Source: Caldimicrobium thiodismutans
GTDB lineage: Bacteria; Desulfobacterota; Thermodesulfobacteria; Thermodesulfobacteriales; Thermodesulfobacteriaceae
NCBI RefSeq assembly: GCF_001548275.1
Contig: NZ_AP014945.1
Span: 1,440,001 to 1,472,000 of the forward strand
Direction of reading: 5' to 3'
DNA: 32,000 nt
Shown here one piece after another: positions 7,606-16,158 of the stretch. The position numbers were made by a program, and so were the translations under genes. Each line of letters opens with the position of its first letter. Position 1 is the stretch's first letter. Under the pieces are notes generated by a model. The model was not told the DNA's origin. It made no database searches and saw only the letters and a program-made list of their open reading frames with translations.

Positions 7606-8534
7606 AAAGTTTTTCAAGGGTGAAGGCCTCTCTTAAAATTACAAAGGCCGGTCTTTTATACACTCTTCTTTCTATTTTCATAGGGATTGCGGCAGTAAAT
7701 ACTGGTAATAATCTTCTCTTTATAATGATTTCCCTTCTTTTGAGCTTTATGTGGCTTTCAGGGGTTTTTGGAAGGGCAAATCTCCTTGGATTGGAGAGTG
7801 AAGTCATACTGCCTAAGGAAATTTATGCTAAGGGGAAGGCCTTTTTTTTCCTCCGGATTAGAAAAAAGAGAAGTGGCCTCTGGCGAATAAAGATGCCCTC
7901 CTTTTTACTGCGCTTAAGCATAAACATCCGGGATTCAGCAGGGGTAGAAAGAAAGATTTTTAGTAAGATTGGGCTCCTTGAAAGAGAAAGGGAGATTTTG
8001 ATTGATGCGGTTTTTGAGAAGAGGGGTAGATACGAGGTATCTACTGTAGAGATTTCTTCTTTATTTCCCATTGGTTTTTTCATAAGAAGTATTAAGTATG
8101 AGCCTAAAAGAGAGTTTCTGGTTTTTCCTGAGCCAAAGAAGTGCCAGTCCCTTTCTGAGTTTGAAAGGAAGGTTTTGAAAGGGGAGAATAGGGGCTTCCA
8201 GGATCTGGGAACGGCACAATTTGAAGGTCTTAGTGATTATACAGCGGGTGTGCCGAAAAAATTCATTGCCTGGAAAAGTTTAGCTAAATGGGAGGAACTA
8301 CGAAGAAAGATATTTGCAGAGGAATTAACTTCCCCTAAGATTTTTGATGTCCTTAAACTTCCAGCTTCCTCCCTTGAGGATAAACTTTCCTGTGCGGTTT
8401 ATCTTATCCTTGAGGTTACTAAAAGGGGATCTCCAGTAGGCATGAGACTTGGGAAAGAGAGTTTTCCGGTTGGAACCGGGGAGGCCCATAAATTGAAGCT
8501 TCTTAAGGCCTTAGCTCTCTACGAAGAGAAATGA
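7599..8534 (+). CDS. DUF58 domain protein (MoxR-operon partner)
   Basis: The N-terminal double-TM segment with AAVNTGNNLLFIMISLLLS is typical of DUF58, and the gene sits between moxR and the transglutaminase. The track start is TTG; an in-frame GTG at 7620 is an alternative. Confidence 0.75.
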   Translation: MVKSFSRVKASLKITKAGLLYTLLSIFIGIAAVNTGNNLLFIMISLLLSFMWLSGVFGRANLLGLESEVILPKEIYAKGKAFFFLRIRKKRSGLWRIKMPSFLLRLSINIRDSAGVERKIFSKIGLLEREREILIDAVFEKRGRYEVSTVEISSLFPIGFFIRSIKYEPKREFLVFPEPKKCQSLSEFERKVLKGENRGFQDLGTAQFEGLSDYTAGVPKKFIAWKSLAKWEELRRKIFAEELTSPKIFDVLKLPASSLEDKLSCAVYLILEVTKRGSPVGMRLGKESFPVGTGEAHKLKLLKALALYEEK

Positions 8535-10498
8535 ATATTAAAAAATTTAGCTTTGAACAGGTCTTAGTTTACGGAAGCCTTCTTATTCCCTTTGGATTGC
8601 TTTTCAAGGTTATTTCCATAGAGGCCTGGGGGATCTGTCTATTTCTTTCCTCTTTAGCTTTTTTTCTTGAAAGAGGAAAAATCTTTTTTCCCCGCCTTTT
8701 TATCAACCTTGCAGGTATTCTTTTTATTGCTCTTTTCTTCCTGACAGTTAATCTTTCCAATTTTCTTGAAAATGCCTTAAGGACCCTTCTTTTTCTCCTG
8801 AGCCTGAAATTGCTTGAGAAAAAGGCTCTGAGGGATTTTTTTCAGATCTATCTTCTGGAATTTTTAATCCTTGCAGGGGCAAGTTACTTTTATACCCACT
8901 TTACTTTTTTTATATTGCTTATCTTACAGATATTTTATGTGGGTTATGCCTTATTTTTTCATCTTTATATGGTTGAGATGGAGGTAAAGACTATCTCCTG
9001 GAGGGAGCTTAGAGGGGGAGTTATCTGGTTTGGAGTTCTTCTCTGGGCAAGTCTATTTCTTTCAGGGGTTTTCTTTATCGGTCTTCCCAGGCTTAAGACC
9101 CCTCTCTTTAATTTAGCTAAAAACCCTGAAGAAAAGGCCAAAACTGGCTTCACAAATCAGATAAGGTTAGGTGTCTTTTCAGAAATTCAGGAGAGTGCCC
9201 GAAAGGTCCTGAGGCTTTCCTTTGAGGAGGGAAAGGTCTTAAATCCTGATAGCCTGTATTTCAGGGTTATGGTTTATGACTATTTTGATGGAAGATCCTG
9301 GCAGAGAAAGTATATCCCCGAGGAGATTCCTGGAAAGGGGGATATTACTGGTAGGGCCTTTAAAGGGACTATTTATCTTGAAGAGGATTTAGAGGGGTAT
9401 CTTCCAGTTCCTGATGGAACCATGGTTGTCAGGAAACTTGAGGGAGTGAGAACCTTTGCAGATGGAGTTTTCAAACTTGATACCCCTTTGATTTATCCTT
9501 TACGATATGAGATTCTTCTATTGAAAGAAACTAATTCCTATGCAGAAGACCTGCCTTTGCAGAGTAGTGGAAATTTGGCCCCTTATCTTCAGGTTCCACA
9601 TGTGGATGAAAGGGTGCTCTCTCTTGCTAAGAGATTGAAAGGCAAAGATGCTGAGGAGACAATTAAAAAGACCCTTGGCTATTTTCAGCAGGAGGGGTTT
9701 CGCTATAGCTTAACCAAGCTTCCTCTTACACAGAAGCCCCTGGAGACCTTTCTTTTTGAAACAAAAAGGGGGAATTGTGAATACTTTGCAGGAGCTACAG
9801 CCCTTTTATTCAGACTTAATGGTATCCCCTCTCGAGTGATAGGAGGATATAAAGGGGCTATTTATCATGAGAGAGGAGGTTACTATCTTGTGGAGGAGAG
9901 ATTTGCCCATTCCTGGGTGGAGGCCTGGCTTAATGGAAGATGGTTAAGAGTTGATCCAAGTCCATCTGCAAGCTTTGTTCTCCTTAGCCAGAATCAGGGC
10001 CTTCTATATAAGATTAAACTCTATTTAGACTGGATTAACTTTTATTACACCAAAATTATTCTTGACTTTGATTTTTCTAAACAAAAAAGACTGCTTAACT
10101 TATTTAAAAGTGATTTGCTAAAAAGAACGCAAAAAGATGGGAAAGAGTTTTCCTTTAGTGGCCTAAAGGGTTGGCTAAAAGTTGCCCTGATTGTCTTTGG
10201 GGTGGTTATATTTCTGGCAGTGCTATTTAAACATAAGAAAGAGTTACCTTTTTTCTGGTCCAGTGAGAAAAGGCTTTTATATCTATTTCTCAAAGAGCTT
10301 AAAAAGATGGGATATCCAAAGCTTGAATCAGAGGGACTCTTTGAGCTTGCAGAAAAGATAAAGAATGCTACCTTAAGGGAAGAGGTTTTGAGATTTATAA
10401 GTTTATATTCTGAGTACAGTTATAAAGATAGGCCCTTTGACAAAGAGGTCCTGAAGAGGCTTAGAGAATGTCTGAAGAGACTGCAAAGCTTGAGGTAA
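8531..10498 (+). CDS. Transglutaminase-like membrane protein (DUF3488 N-terminal TM domain plus TGase core)
   Basis: The Cys-His-Asp core is GNCEYFAGATALLFRLNGIPSRVIGGY, HSWVEAW and RVDPS. The N-terminus has multiple TM segments. The start ATGA overlaps the DUF58 stop. Confidence 0.85.
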   Translation: MNIKKFSFEQVLVYGSLLIPFGLLFKVISIEAWGICLFLSSLAFFLERGKIFFPRLFINLAGILFIALFFLTVNLSNFLENALRTLLFLLSLKLLEKKALRDFFQIYLLEFLILAGASYFYTHFTFFILLILQIFYVGYALFFHLYMVEMEVKTISWRELRGGVIWFGVLLWASLFLSGVFFIGLPRLKTPLFNLAKNPEEKAKTGFTNQIRLGVFSEIQESARKVLRLSFEEGKVLNPDSLYFRVMVYDYFDGRSWQRKYIPEEIPGKGDITGRAFKGTIYLEEDLEGYLPVPDGTMVVRKLEGVRTFADGVFKLDTPLIYPLRYEILLLKETNSYAEDLPLQSSGNLAPYLQVPHVDERVLSLAKRLKGKDAEETIKKTLGYFQQEGFRYSLTKLPLTQKPLETFLFETKRGNCEYFAGATALLFRLNGIPSRVIGGYKGAIYHERGGYYLVEERFAHSWVEAWLNGRWLRVDPSPSASFVLLSQNQGLLYKIKLYLDWINFYYTKIILDFDFSKQKRLLNLFKSDLLKRTQKDGKEFSFSGLKGWLKVALIVFGVVIFLAVLFKHKKELPFFWSSEKRLLYLFLKELKKMGYPKLESEGLFELAEKIKNATLREEVLRFISLYSEYSYKDRPFDKEVLKRLRECLKRLQSLR

Positions 10499-11376
10499 AG
10501 GAAGAAAAAGGGTTTTTGGAGAGGATTACCCCTAACCGAATTACCCTTTTGAGGATCTTTCTTTTACCCCTTCCCTGTGCTCTGCTTTTCTTAGAGGGAT
10601 ATTTAGCCAAGCTCTTTTCCCTTGGGCTTGGATCTCTCCTTGGATTTACTGATTATGTGGATGGGGTGCTGGCAAGGAGGCAAAAGCGAATTACTACCAT
10701 AGGGGCCCTTCTTGACCCTGTGGCAGATAAAATTTTTGTAACAGTAGTTTATCTTACCCTGGTTTTTCTTGGCTATTTTCCTTTTATACCTGTTGCTGTG
10801 CTTTTAAGTAGGGAGATTTTAGTTGCTCTTTTGAGGAGCTGGTTCCCTGAGGAATTGAGGGTAGTAAATGTAGCCCGATGGAAGACCTTCTTGCAGATGA
10901 CTCTGGCTGGACTTGCTATTTTATTAAGTATCTTTAACAGGAGTTATCTCATTATAATTCACTATGCCCTCTGGGGCCTTGCGCTCTTTAGCTACTTTTC
11001 AGCCTTGCCCTATTTTTATCGAGTTAAAAAGGCCTTGAGAAGAACGAGCCTTGAACCTCTTATTTGGGGAAAATCACTACTTTCTTTGAGTTTCAGCCTT
11101 TCTTTATTGATAGTTTTTCCCTTTTCAGGGAAGCTTTTCTGGATAATTCAATTAGCCCTTTCCTTTTATTTTTTCAGAAAGGGTCTTGCTAAGGCCTCTC
11201 CCCTTCACGCTCAGGAAGAATCTCTCCTTATTGTGGCAGTGCTCCTTGGAATCTCAGGGGAGGCCCTTTTCAGGGGAGAGCTATATTACAGCCTCTGGCT
11301 TGCCTTAGCCTTTAGCCTTTACCGAGATGGCATTAAAAGTTTGAAACTTATGTGGGAGATTTTAAGGCTGAGATAG
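10468..11376 (+). CDS. CDP-alcohol phosphatidyltransferase family protein with an extra C-terminal membrane domain
   Basis: The signature DG(x2)AR(x8)G(x3)D(x3)D appears as [27 protein letters not shown]. At 302 aa the protein is about 110 aa longer than typical PgsA-like enzymes. Confidence 0.8.
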   Translation: MSEETAKLEVKEEKGFLERITPNRITLLRIFLLPLPCALLFLEGYLAKLFSLGLGSLLGFTDYVDGVLARRQKRITTIGALLDPVADKIFVTVVYLTLVFLGYFPFIPVAVLLSREILVALLRSWFPEELRVVNVARWKTFLQMTLAGLAILLSIFNRSYLIIIHYALWGLALFSYFSALPYFYRVKKALRRTSLEPLIWGKSLLSLSFSLSLLIVFPFSGKLFWIIQLALSFYFFRKGLAKASPLHAQEESLLIVAVLLGISGEALFRGELYYSLWLALAFSLYRDGIKSLKLMWEILRLR

Positions 11377-12022
11377 CCTTTTGATAATCCTCTTGTCCAA
11401 AGATTGCTGAGCCTGCAACCAGGATATCTGCACCAGCTTGCAGAACAGAAAGAGCTGTCTTTGAATTTATTCCACCGTCAACCTCAATCAGGGTAGGAAG
11501 CCCTCTTTTAATTAGGATGTTTTTTAATCTTTCAATTTTTGGTAGGCACTGGGGGATAAATTTTTGACCACCAAAGCCGGGATTAACAGTCATAATAAGC
11601 ACAAAGTCAAGGAGATCAAGGACATAATCAAGGACCTCAAGAGGGGTATGGGGATTTAGGGAGACCCCGGCAAGCTTTTCTTGTTCCTTGATTTGGGTAA
11701 TAGCACGGTGAAGATGGGGGGTAGCCTCTGCATGTATGCAGATAAGATCTGCTCCAGCTTCGGCAAAGTCTTTAATGTATCTTTCGGGATGAATTATCAT
11801 CAGATGCACATCAAAGGGAAGAGATGTATGGGGTCTAAGAGCAGAGATTACAAGGGGGCCAAAGGTAAGATTAGGGACAAAAAGGCCGTCCATAATATCA
11901 AGATGGAGAAGATGAGCGCCTGCTTTTTCAACGCTGTTGACCTCTTCTCCCAGGCAAGAAAAGTCTGCAGATAGTATTGATGGGGCAATAAGGGGTCTAT
12001 CAGAAGGAAGACTAATGGGCAT
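11348..12022 (-). CDS. rpe: Ribulose-phosphate 3-epimerase
   Basis: Motifs are [41 protein letters not shown] and EVDGGIN. Confidence 0.92.
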   Translation of the reverse strand: MPISLPSDRPLIAPSILSADFSCLGEEVNSVEKAGAHLLHLDIMDGLFVPNLTFGPLVISALRPHTSLPFDVHLMIIHPERYIKDFAEAGADLICIHAEATPHLHRAITQIKEQEKLAGVSLNPHTPLEVLDYVLDLLDFVLIMTVNPGFGGQKFIPQCLPKIERLKNILIKRGLPTLIEVDGGINSKTALSVLQAGADILVAGSAIFGQEDYQKAISALKSPT

Positions 12023-12446
12023 CGGGATAGTCCTTCTTTATAGGAAAGGGAATAATTTTTTCCTCTTCTTTTTTGCGGGGTTTAGCCCTTGGTTGAACTG
12101 GCTTTTCAAGGGGTTTTTCAGGGGCTTTTTCAGGGCCAGAGACACCTCCTTCACCCAGAAAAGGCAAAAAGGACTGATACTGATTTAAAAGCTCTGCAGG
12201 AATGTGGGTAGTATACCAGAGGATCTGACTTCTTTGAATAGTAATGTAGGGAAGACCAAGAAGCGCCGGGAAAAGCCCTTTTTCCTGTGAAATCATAAGG
12301 GCAGGCCACTCCATTTCAAAAAAGTCCCTCTTTTCAAGGACAAACTTGAGGTTTTCGTAAAGGGGATTATAACAGACCAGCCCCAAGTAAAGCCCGGTTG
12401 GAAGCTGAATGAGGACAGGATTTTTAGCAACAGGCTGATTTTGCAT
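12012..12446 (-). CDS. Hypothetical protein with a Pro/Lys/Glu-rich C-terminal tail, overlapping the rpe start by 11 nt
   Basis: The track ORF extends to 12512. The ATG at 12446 (MQNQPVAK...) has GGAGGT 9 nt upstream, so I prefer it. I recognise no family. Confidence 0.6.
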   Translation of the reverse strand: MQNQPVAKNPVLIQLPTGLYLGLVCYNPLYENLKFVLEKRDFFEMEWPALMISQEKGLFPALLGLPYITIQRSQILWYTTHIPAELLNQYQSFLPFLGEGGVSGPEKAPEKPLEKPVQPRAKPRKKEEEKIIPFPIKKDYPDAH

Positions 12447-12528
12447 AAATTTTAAACCTCCCTGCCTGTGCATGCAGACAGGCCAATTTCTAATATAATA
12501 CCTGAAAAACATTGAAAAATCAATATCC

Positions 12529-12792
12529 TGTATGCGTCCATATCTTTTGAGACTCTATATGATTTTTTCTACCTCGGTTGTAGGAAAGTGAACCTGTATT
12601 TTGTAGGGGCAAACCTATGTGTTTGCCTCCCTTATGGAAAATCTATGTGTTTGCCTGTTATGGGATCCTTTAAAGTATTGGGCAGACACATAAAGATTGG
12701 GCAGTCACTATAGGATTTGCCCCTCTTTTAACCTCTCATTTCTCACCTCTTATCACCCCTTTCTTTTTCTTGCAAGGATATGAACCTATGCA
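12529..12792 (-). mobile_element. MITE-like element copy 2 (264 bp), canonical orientation on the minus strand
   Basis: On the plus strand it reads TGTATGCGTCCATATCTTTTGAGACT...TTATCACCCCTTTCTTTTTCTTGCAAGGATATGAACCTATGCA. The interior has the hairpin GGCAAACCTATGTGTTTGCC and internal direct repeats (CTATGTGTTTGCCT twice, ATTGGGCAG(A/T)CAC twice). I found no flanking duplication. Confidence 0.7.
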
Positions 12793-12816
12793 AAAATTGT
12801 TGTAAATCCTTTGATA

Positions 12817-12838
12817 GGGGCAAATAATTATTTGCCCC
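12817..12838. repeat. Perfect 22-nt palindrome GGGGCAAATAATTATTTGCCCC (REP-like module outside a bounded element)
   Basis: Read directly. It is followed by the terminus-like fragment TGCATGCGTTGG...TCTTTTAAGCT at 12839-12873. Confidence 0.8.
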
Positions 12839-12954
12839 TGCATGCGTTGGTTTGCATTTAGTTCTTTTAAGCTTTTTATATTTTAATAAGTTTTATAGAA
12901 TTATTATGTATGCAGAATGAGATTTAATTCAGGAATTATAACAATAGAAGAGCT

Positions 12955-13200
12955 TTATAAAAATTTGAGTAGAGCTAAAAGGACACCTAAGAAGGCAAAG
13001 CCAGCTGTTATCAACCATTGCATAAAATTCATACGCTTTTCAAGGGATTCAAATCTTGCATTCATCTCTCTTATCAAACTCTCAAATCTCTTTCCTTCAA
13101 GCTCCCTTAAAGCCTTTAATTCCTCTTCCACACGAATAATTCTCTCAAGAAGAGTTAACTCCTTCAGTCGCTCTTCATTTAACCTCAGTTTTTTCTCCAT
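12955..13200 (-). CDS. Tail-anchored coiled-coil protein (paralog P3), C-terminal ORF with only one MNARFE unit
   Basis: The product is MEKKLRLNEERLKELTLLERIIRVEEELKALRELEGKRFESLIREMNARFESLEKRMNFMQWLITAGFAFLGVLLALLKFL. Its DNA is near-identical to P1. The ATG has no SD. It is probably the downstream half of a frameshifted gene. Confidence 0.65.
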   Translation of the reverse strand: MEKKLRLNEERLKELTLLERIIRVEEELKALRELEGKRFESLIREMNARFESLEKRMNFMQWLITAGFAFLGVLLALLKFL

Positions 13201-13334
13201 AGGTTAGATAATTTTTTCTGAATTATCTCCATTATCTCAGAACTAATTTTTCCCCTGATTTCATACCCTAAGGTCCCGCTAAAAATGTCTCTTACAGCTT
13301 CTGTTAATTCCTTGGGACTAAAATTAGTATTCAT
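13185..13334 (-). CDS. 49-codon ORF homologous to the N-terminus of P1 (upstream half of the split P3 gene)
   Basis: Too short for the ORF track. My translation is MNTNFSPKELTEAVRDIFSGTLGYEIRGKISSEIMEIIQKKLSNLWRKN*, which aligns with P1 residues about 4 to 52 (NLSSEELNEAIKGVFRSSFGEEFKESISAEIWAKLEEKF...). A strong RBS GAGGGAGG lies 5 nt upstream. Confidence 0.6.
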   Translation of the reverse strand: MNTNFSPKELTEAVRDIFSGTLGYEIRGKISSEIMEIIQKKLSNLWRKN

Positions 13335-13411
13335 AAAAGCCTCCCTCTAAGCGCAATCTATATATATTATATCAAGAAAAAATTAAAATAAAAGATGAAG
13401 TTTATAGCCCT

Positions 13412-13618
13412 TTTATGCGTAAACTTCTTGCATTGAACCAAAATTAATCATTTCTTGAATAAAATTTTTCTAATTCCCATATCAAAGTAGAGGCAAAACA
13501 ATGTGAATGCCAATTATATATTACATAGAGCAGACACGCAAAGGGCTTCCTCTACTTTCCCCTCTCACCTTTCACCTTCTTTACCCCCATGTTTCCTCTG
13601 AGGATATGAACCTATGCA
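13412..13618 (-). mobile_element. MITE-like element copy 3 (about 207 bp, diverged), canonical orientation on the minus strand
   Basis: On the plus strand TTATGCGTAAACTTCTT matches GTATGCGTCCATATCTT at 13 of 17 positions. The interior GCAGACACGCAAAGGGCTTCCTCTACTTT matches the reverse complement of copy 1 (GCAGACACGCAAGGAACTTCCCCTACTTT). The right end reads ...CTCACCTTTCACCTTCTTTACCCCC...GAGGATATGAACCTATGCA. Confidence 0.55.
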
Positions 13619-13641
13619 TTTTTTTATGCAGGGTTAAATAT

Positions 13642-14583
13642 TCACTCCTCCTTAAAAAAGTTTTCTAAGAATAAAAGAAGGCTGGGAATTTCTATATCAA
13701 AGTCAAAAAAATAAAGATTTGGGGCTTGGGGGAACTTTATAAAGTCCTTAAGAGTTGTTAAGTATTTCTCAGAGGGATCAAGCTTGAAATCTCTGTAATC
13801 ATAGTGGTCAGGAAAGGAAAGAAGTTTTTTAACAGGGATTTTTAAGTTTTTCAGGGTCATCTGAAATTGTTCGTTAGATCCAAGACCAGAAAAGGCGATA
13901 AAGGATTCTCCCTCTTTAAGGGTGGGGGGATGATGGCTGGCATCGAGGATGCGAAAATTTTTACGAAAGAGCTTAAAAATTGGTTTATCCTTAAAGGTAA
14001 ATTCAAAGGGAAGGACTTCTTGATAGCTAAGTATTATGGCAGATGCTCTTTTCAGAGAGTTTAGTGGTTCTCTCAATCTTCCCAAGGGAAGAAGTTTATC
14101 CTTAAGGTCATTTTTTTTCAGTAAGAGGAGATCTATATCGCGATACAAACGCCGATGTTGAAAACCATCATCTAAGAGGAGAAGTTCAATATTTAGCTCT
14201 TCAATCATCCTTTTTCCAGCCAAAACTCTATCCTCTCCCACTGCAAGGCTAACCTTAGGTTTACCTTGAAAGAGATAACTCAGCATATAGGCTTCATCTC
14301 CGGCCTCAAACAGGGTTGAACAAAGCATCCCTCTGTCAAGTATGACCTTATAACCTTTACTTTTTCTCTTGTATCCCCTCGAGAGAATCCCCACATGGAG
14401 CTTCTTTGAGAGATTTTCAGCAAGATAGCGCACAAGGCTTGTTTTTCCAGTTCCCCCGGCTGAGAGATTTCCAATGGAGATGACTGGAATGGAAAGTCTC
14501 TTAGAGGGCAGAACTTTTAAATCATAGAGAAGGTTTCTTATGGAGATGACCCAGAAATAGGGATTAATGAGATTGCTCAGCAT
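13642..14583 (-). CDS. lpxK: Tetraacyldisaccharide 4'-kinase
   Basis: The P-loop is VISIGNLSAGGTGKTS. The DDGFQH motif is present, and the length is typical of LpxK. Confidence 0.88.
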   Translation of the reverse strand: MLSNLINPYFWVISIRNLLYDLKVLPSKRLSIPVISIGNLSAGGTGKTSLVRYLAENLSKKLHVGILSRGYKRKSKGYKVILDRGMLCSTLFEAGDEAYMLSYLFQGKPKVSLAVGEDRVLAGKRMIEELNIELLLLDDGFQHRRLYRDIDLLLLKKNDLKDKLLPLGRLREPLNSLKRASAIILSYQEVLPFEFTFKDKPIFKLFRKNFRILDASHHPPTLKEGESFIAFSGLGSNEQFQMTLKNLKIPVKKLLSFPDHYDYRDFKLDPSEKYLTTLKDFIKFPQAPNLYFFDFDIEIPSLLLFLENFFKEE

Positions 14584-15550
14584 GTCTCTTTTTATAATCT
14601 ATGATAACAAGAATCAAAAAAATAAGACCTCCCAGGAAGGCGCTTAGATATTGACTAAGAGTCCTCCAGAGTATGACAAATAAACCGATGGTATCTTCAG
14701 GAAGATAAGGGGAAAAGATTGGTAAGGCCCCAAACTCTCCAACTCCACTTCCTCCAGGGGTTGGGCTGATAAATATGGCATAAAGAAGGGGTAGTTGATC
14801 CAGAAATATCTCTAAAATATCCCCTGAGGGATTAAAAGCCCTTACAAGGAAAATACCTACAAAGAGAAAGGAAAAATAAAGGCCAAAGCTTAAGAGCAGG
14901 GCCAGAATAAATTCCTTTTTCTTGGTGCGGAAAAAGATTTTGCAGGTTATAAAATATCTAAAAGCGGTTCTTCTAAGCTTATTAAGAAAGTTTTTCTGGA
15001 AAAGAGCATCTTTTTTAAAGAGAAGTTTATAAAGTAAAAAAAGGGTAAGAGAAAAGAGGAGTAGAGCACCCACAACTAAAAGAAATTCTTTGGTTTGACG
15101 AGAATCCCTTAGAAGGGCATTAAGGGTTAAGGGTAAAAAAAGAAGATAGAAGAAAAAGCCTGAAAAGCCCTTCATGGTAACTATAGTTAAAATCTGATAA
15201 AAGTGTCCTCCTCTACGGGAAAGGGTATAAAGGGGTAAGAGTTCCCCCCCTAAGTGTGCAGGAGTAACCGTTGACCCAAAGGTGTTTACTAAAGAAACAA
15301 GATAGCCATACCAGAGGGGATATTTAACTTTTAAGGCCCTGGCAAGGACAATTACCCTTAAAGTATCAAAGGTATGAAAGGAAAAGAGGCTCAAAAGGGC
15401 ATAAAATAGATTTTTCCTATCCAGAAGAAGAAGGGTTCTTAAAGCATCCTTTGGAAAGTATTTTAGCCCAAGATAGCCAAAGGAAATGAGTATTATAATC
15501 AGAGTGAGTATGAGGCCAAGAAAAAGATTTTTTATCATAATAGAGTTCAT
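14564..15550 (-). CDS. UPF0104/flippase-like (lysylphosphatidylglycerol-synthase TM region) membrane protein
   Basis: The protein is polytopic and contains SPTPGGSGVGEFG, typical of the TIGR00374/UPF0104 family. The track ORF starts at a TTG at 15565; the first ATG is at 15550. Confidence 0.7.
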   Translation of the reverse strand: MNSIMIKNLFLGLILTLIIILISFGYLGLKYFPKDALRTLLLLDRKNLFYALLSLFSFHTFDTLRVIVLARALKVKYPLWYGYLVSLVNTFGSTVTPAHLGGELLPLYTLSRRGGHFYQILTIVTMKGFSGFFFYLLFLPLTLNALLRDSRQTKEFLLVVGALLLFSLTLFLLYKLLFKKDALFQKNFLNKLRRTAFRYFITCKIFFRTKKKEFILALLLSFGLYFSFLFVGIFLVRAFNPSGDILEIFLDQLPLLYAIFISPTPGGSGVGEFGALPIFSPYLPEDTIGLFVILWRTLSQYLSAFLGGLIFLILVIIDYKKRHAEQSH

Positions 15551-15626
15551 TATATCACAGCACAAAGGCTTTTAAAACCTGAAAAATAAGTTATGGTAAA
15601 TATGGAGTCTTTGGAGAGGAGGGCTT

Positions 15627-16127
15627 TTGGGGATGGAACGCAGAATTCTATGGGCGCCCTGGCGAGGGGAATATGTTGGAGGAAAAAGGGAAAGGGGATG
15701 TATATTTTGCCCACCTGAGAAACCTCTTCCCCCGGAGGAAAGACCCATTCTTTATATGGATAAACTCGTTATGGTAATGCTAAATAAGTTTCCCTATAAT
15801 ACAGGGCACCTTCTTATTTCCCCTGTGCGTCATATTGCAGAACTTGAGGATCTCACAGAGGATGAGTCCCTCCATCTCATAAAGGTAACCCAGAGGGCAA
15901 TTATGATTTTAAAGGAGCTTTTAAAACCTCATGGGTTTAATGTGGGATTTAATCTTGGAAAAGTAGCAGGAGCAGGTTATCCCGATCATCTTCACCTTCA
16001 GGTTGTGCCTCGCTGGGAAGGGGATGTTAATTTCTTAAGTATTCTTGATGATGTTAGACTTGCCTCCCAACACTACCTTAGGGTTTATGAAATGCTTAAA
16101 CCTCATTTTGAAGCCCTCAAAATTTAA
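15627..16127 (+). CDS. HIT-superfamily nucleotide hydrolase/transferase (Ap4A-phosphorylase-like branch)
   Basis: The N-terminus has LWAPWRGEYV, and the histidine-triad variant reads DHLHLQVVPRW (HxHxQ). The track start is TTG; the ATG at 15633 follows the RBS GGAGAGGAGG. Confidence 0.8.
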   Translation: MGMERRILWAPWRGEYVGGKRERGCIFCPPEKPLPPEERPILYMDKLVMVMLNKFPYNTGHLLISPVRHIAELEDLTEDESLHLIKVTQRAIMILKELLKPHGFNVGFNLGKVAGAGYPDHLHLQVVPRWEGDVNFLSILDDVRLASQHYLRVYEMLKPHFEALKI

Positions 16128-16158
16128 AATTTTAAAAAATATGTAAGCCGGAGGTGTT

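Noticed and set aside
12524-13623. Target-site duplications for element copies 2 and 3.
   Set aside because: The adjacent 5-mers do not match: TATCC versus AAAAT for copy 2, and GCCCT/CCTTT versus TTTTT for copy 3. I therefore claim duplications only for copies A and B, and treat copy 1 as ambiguous.
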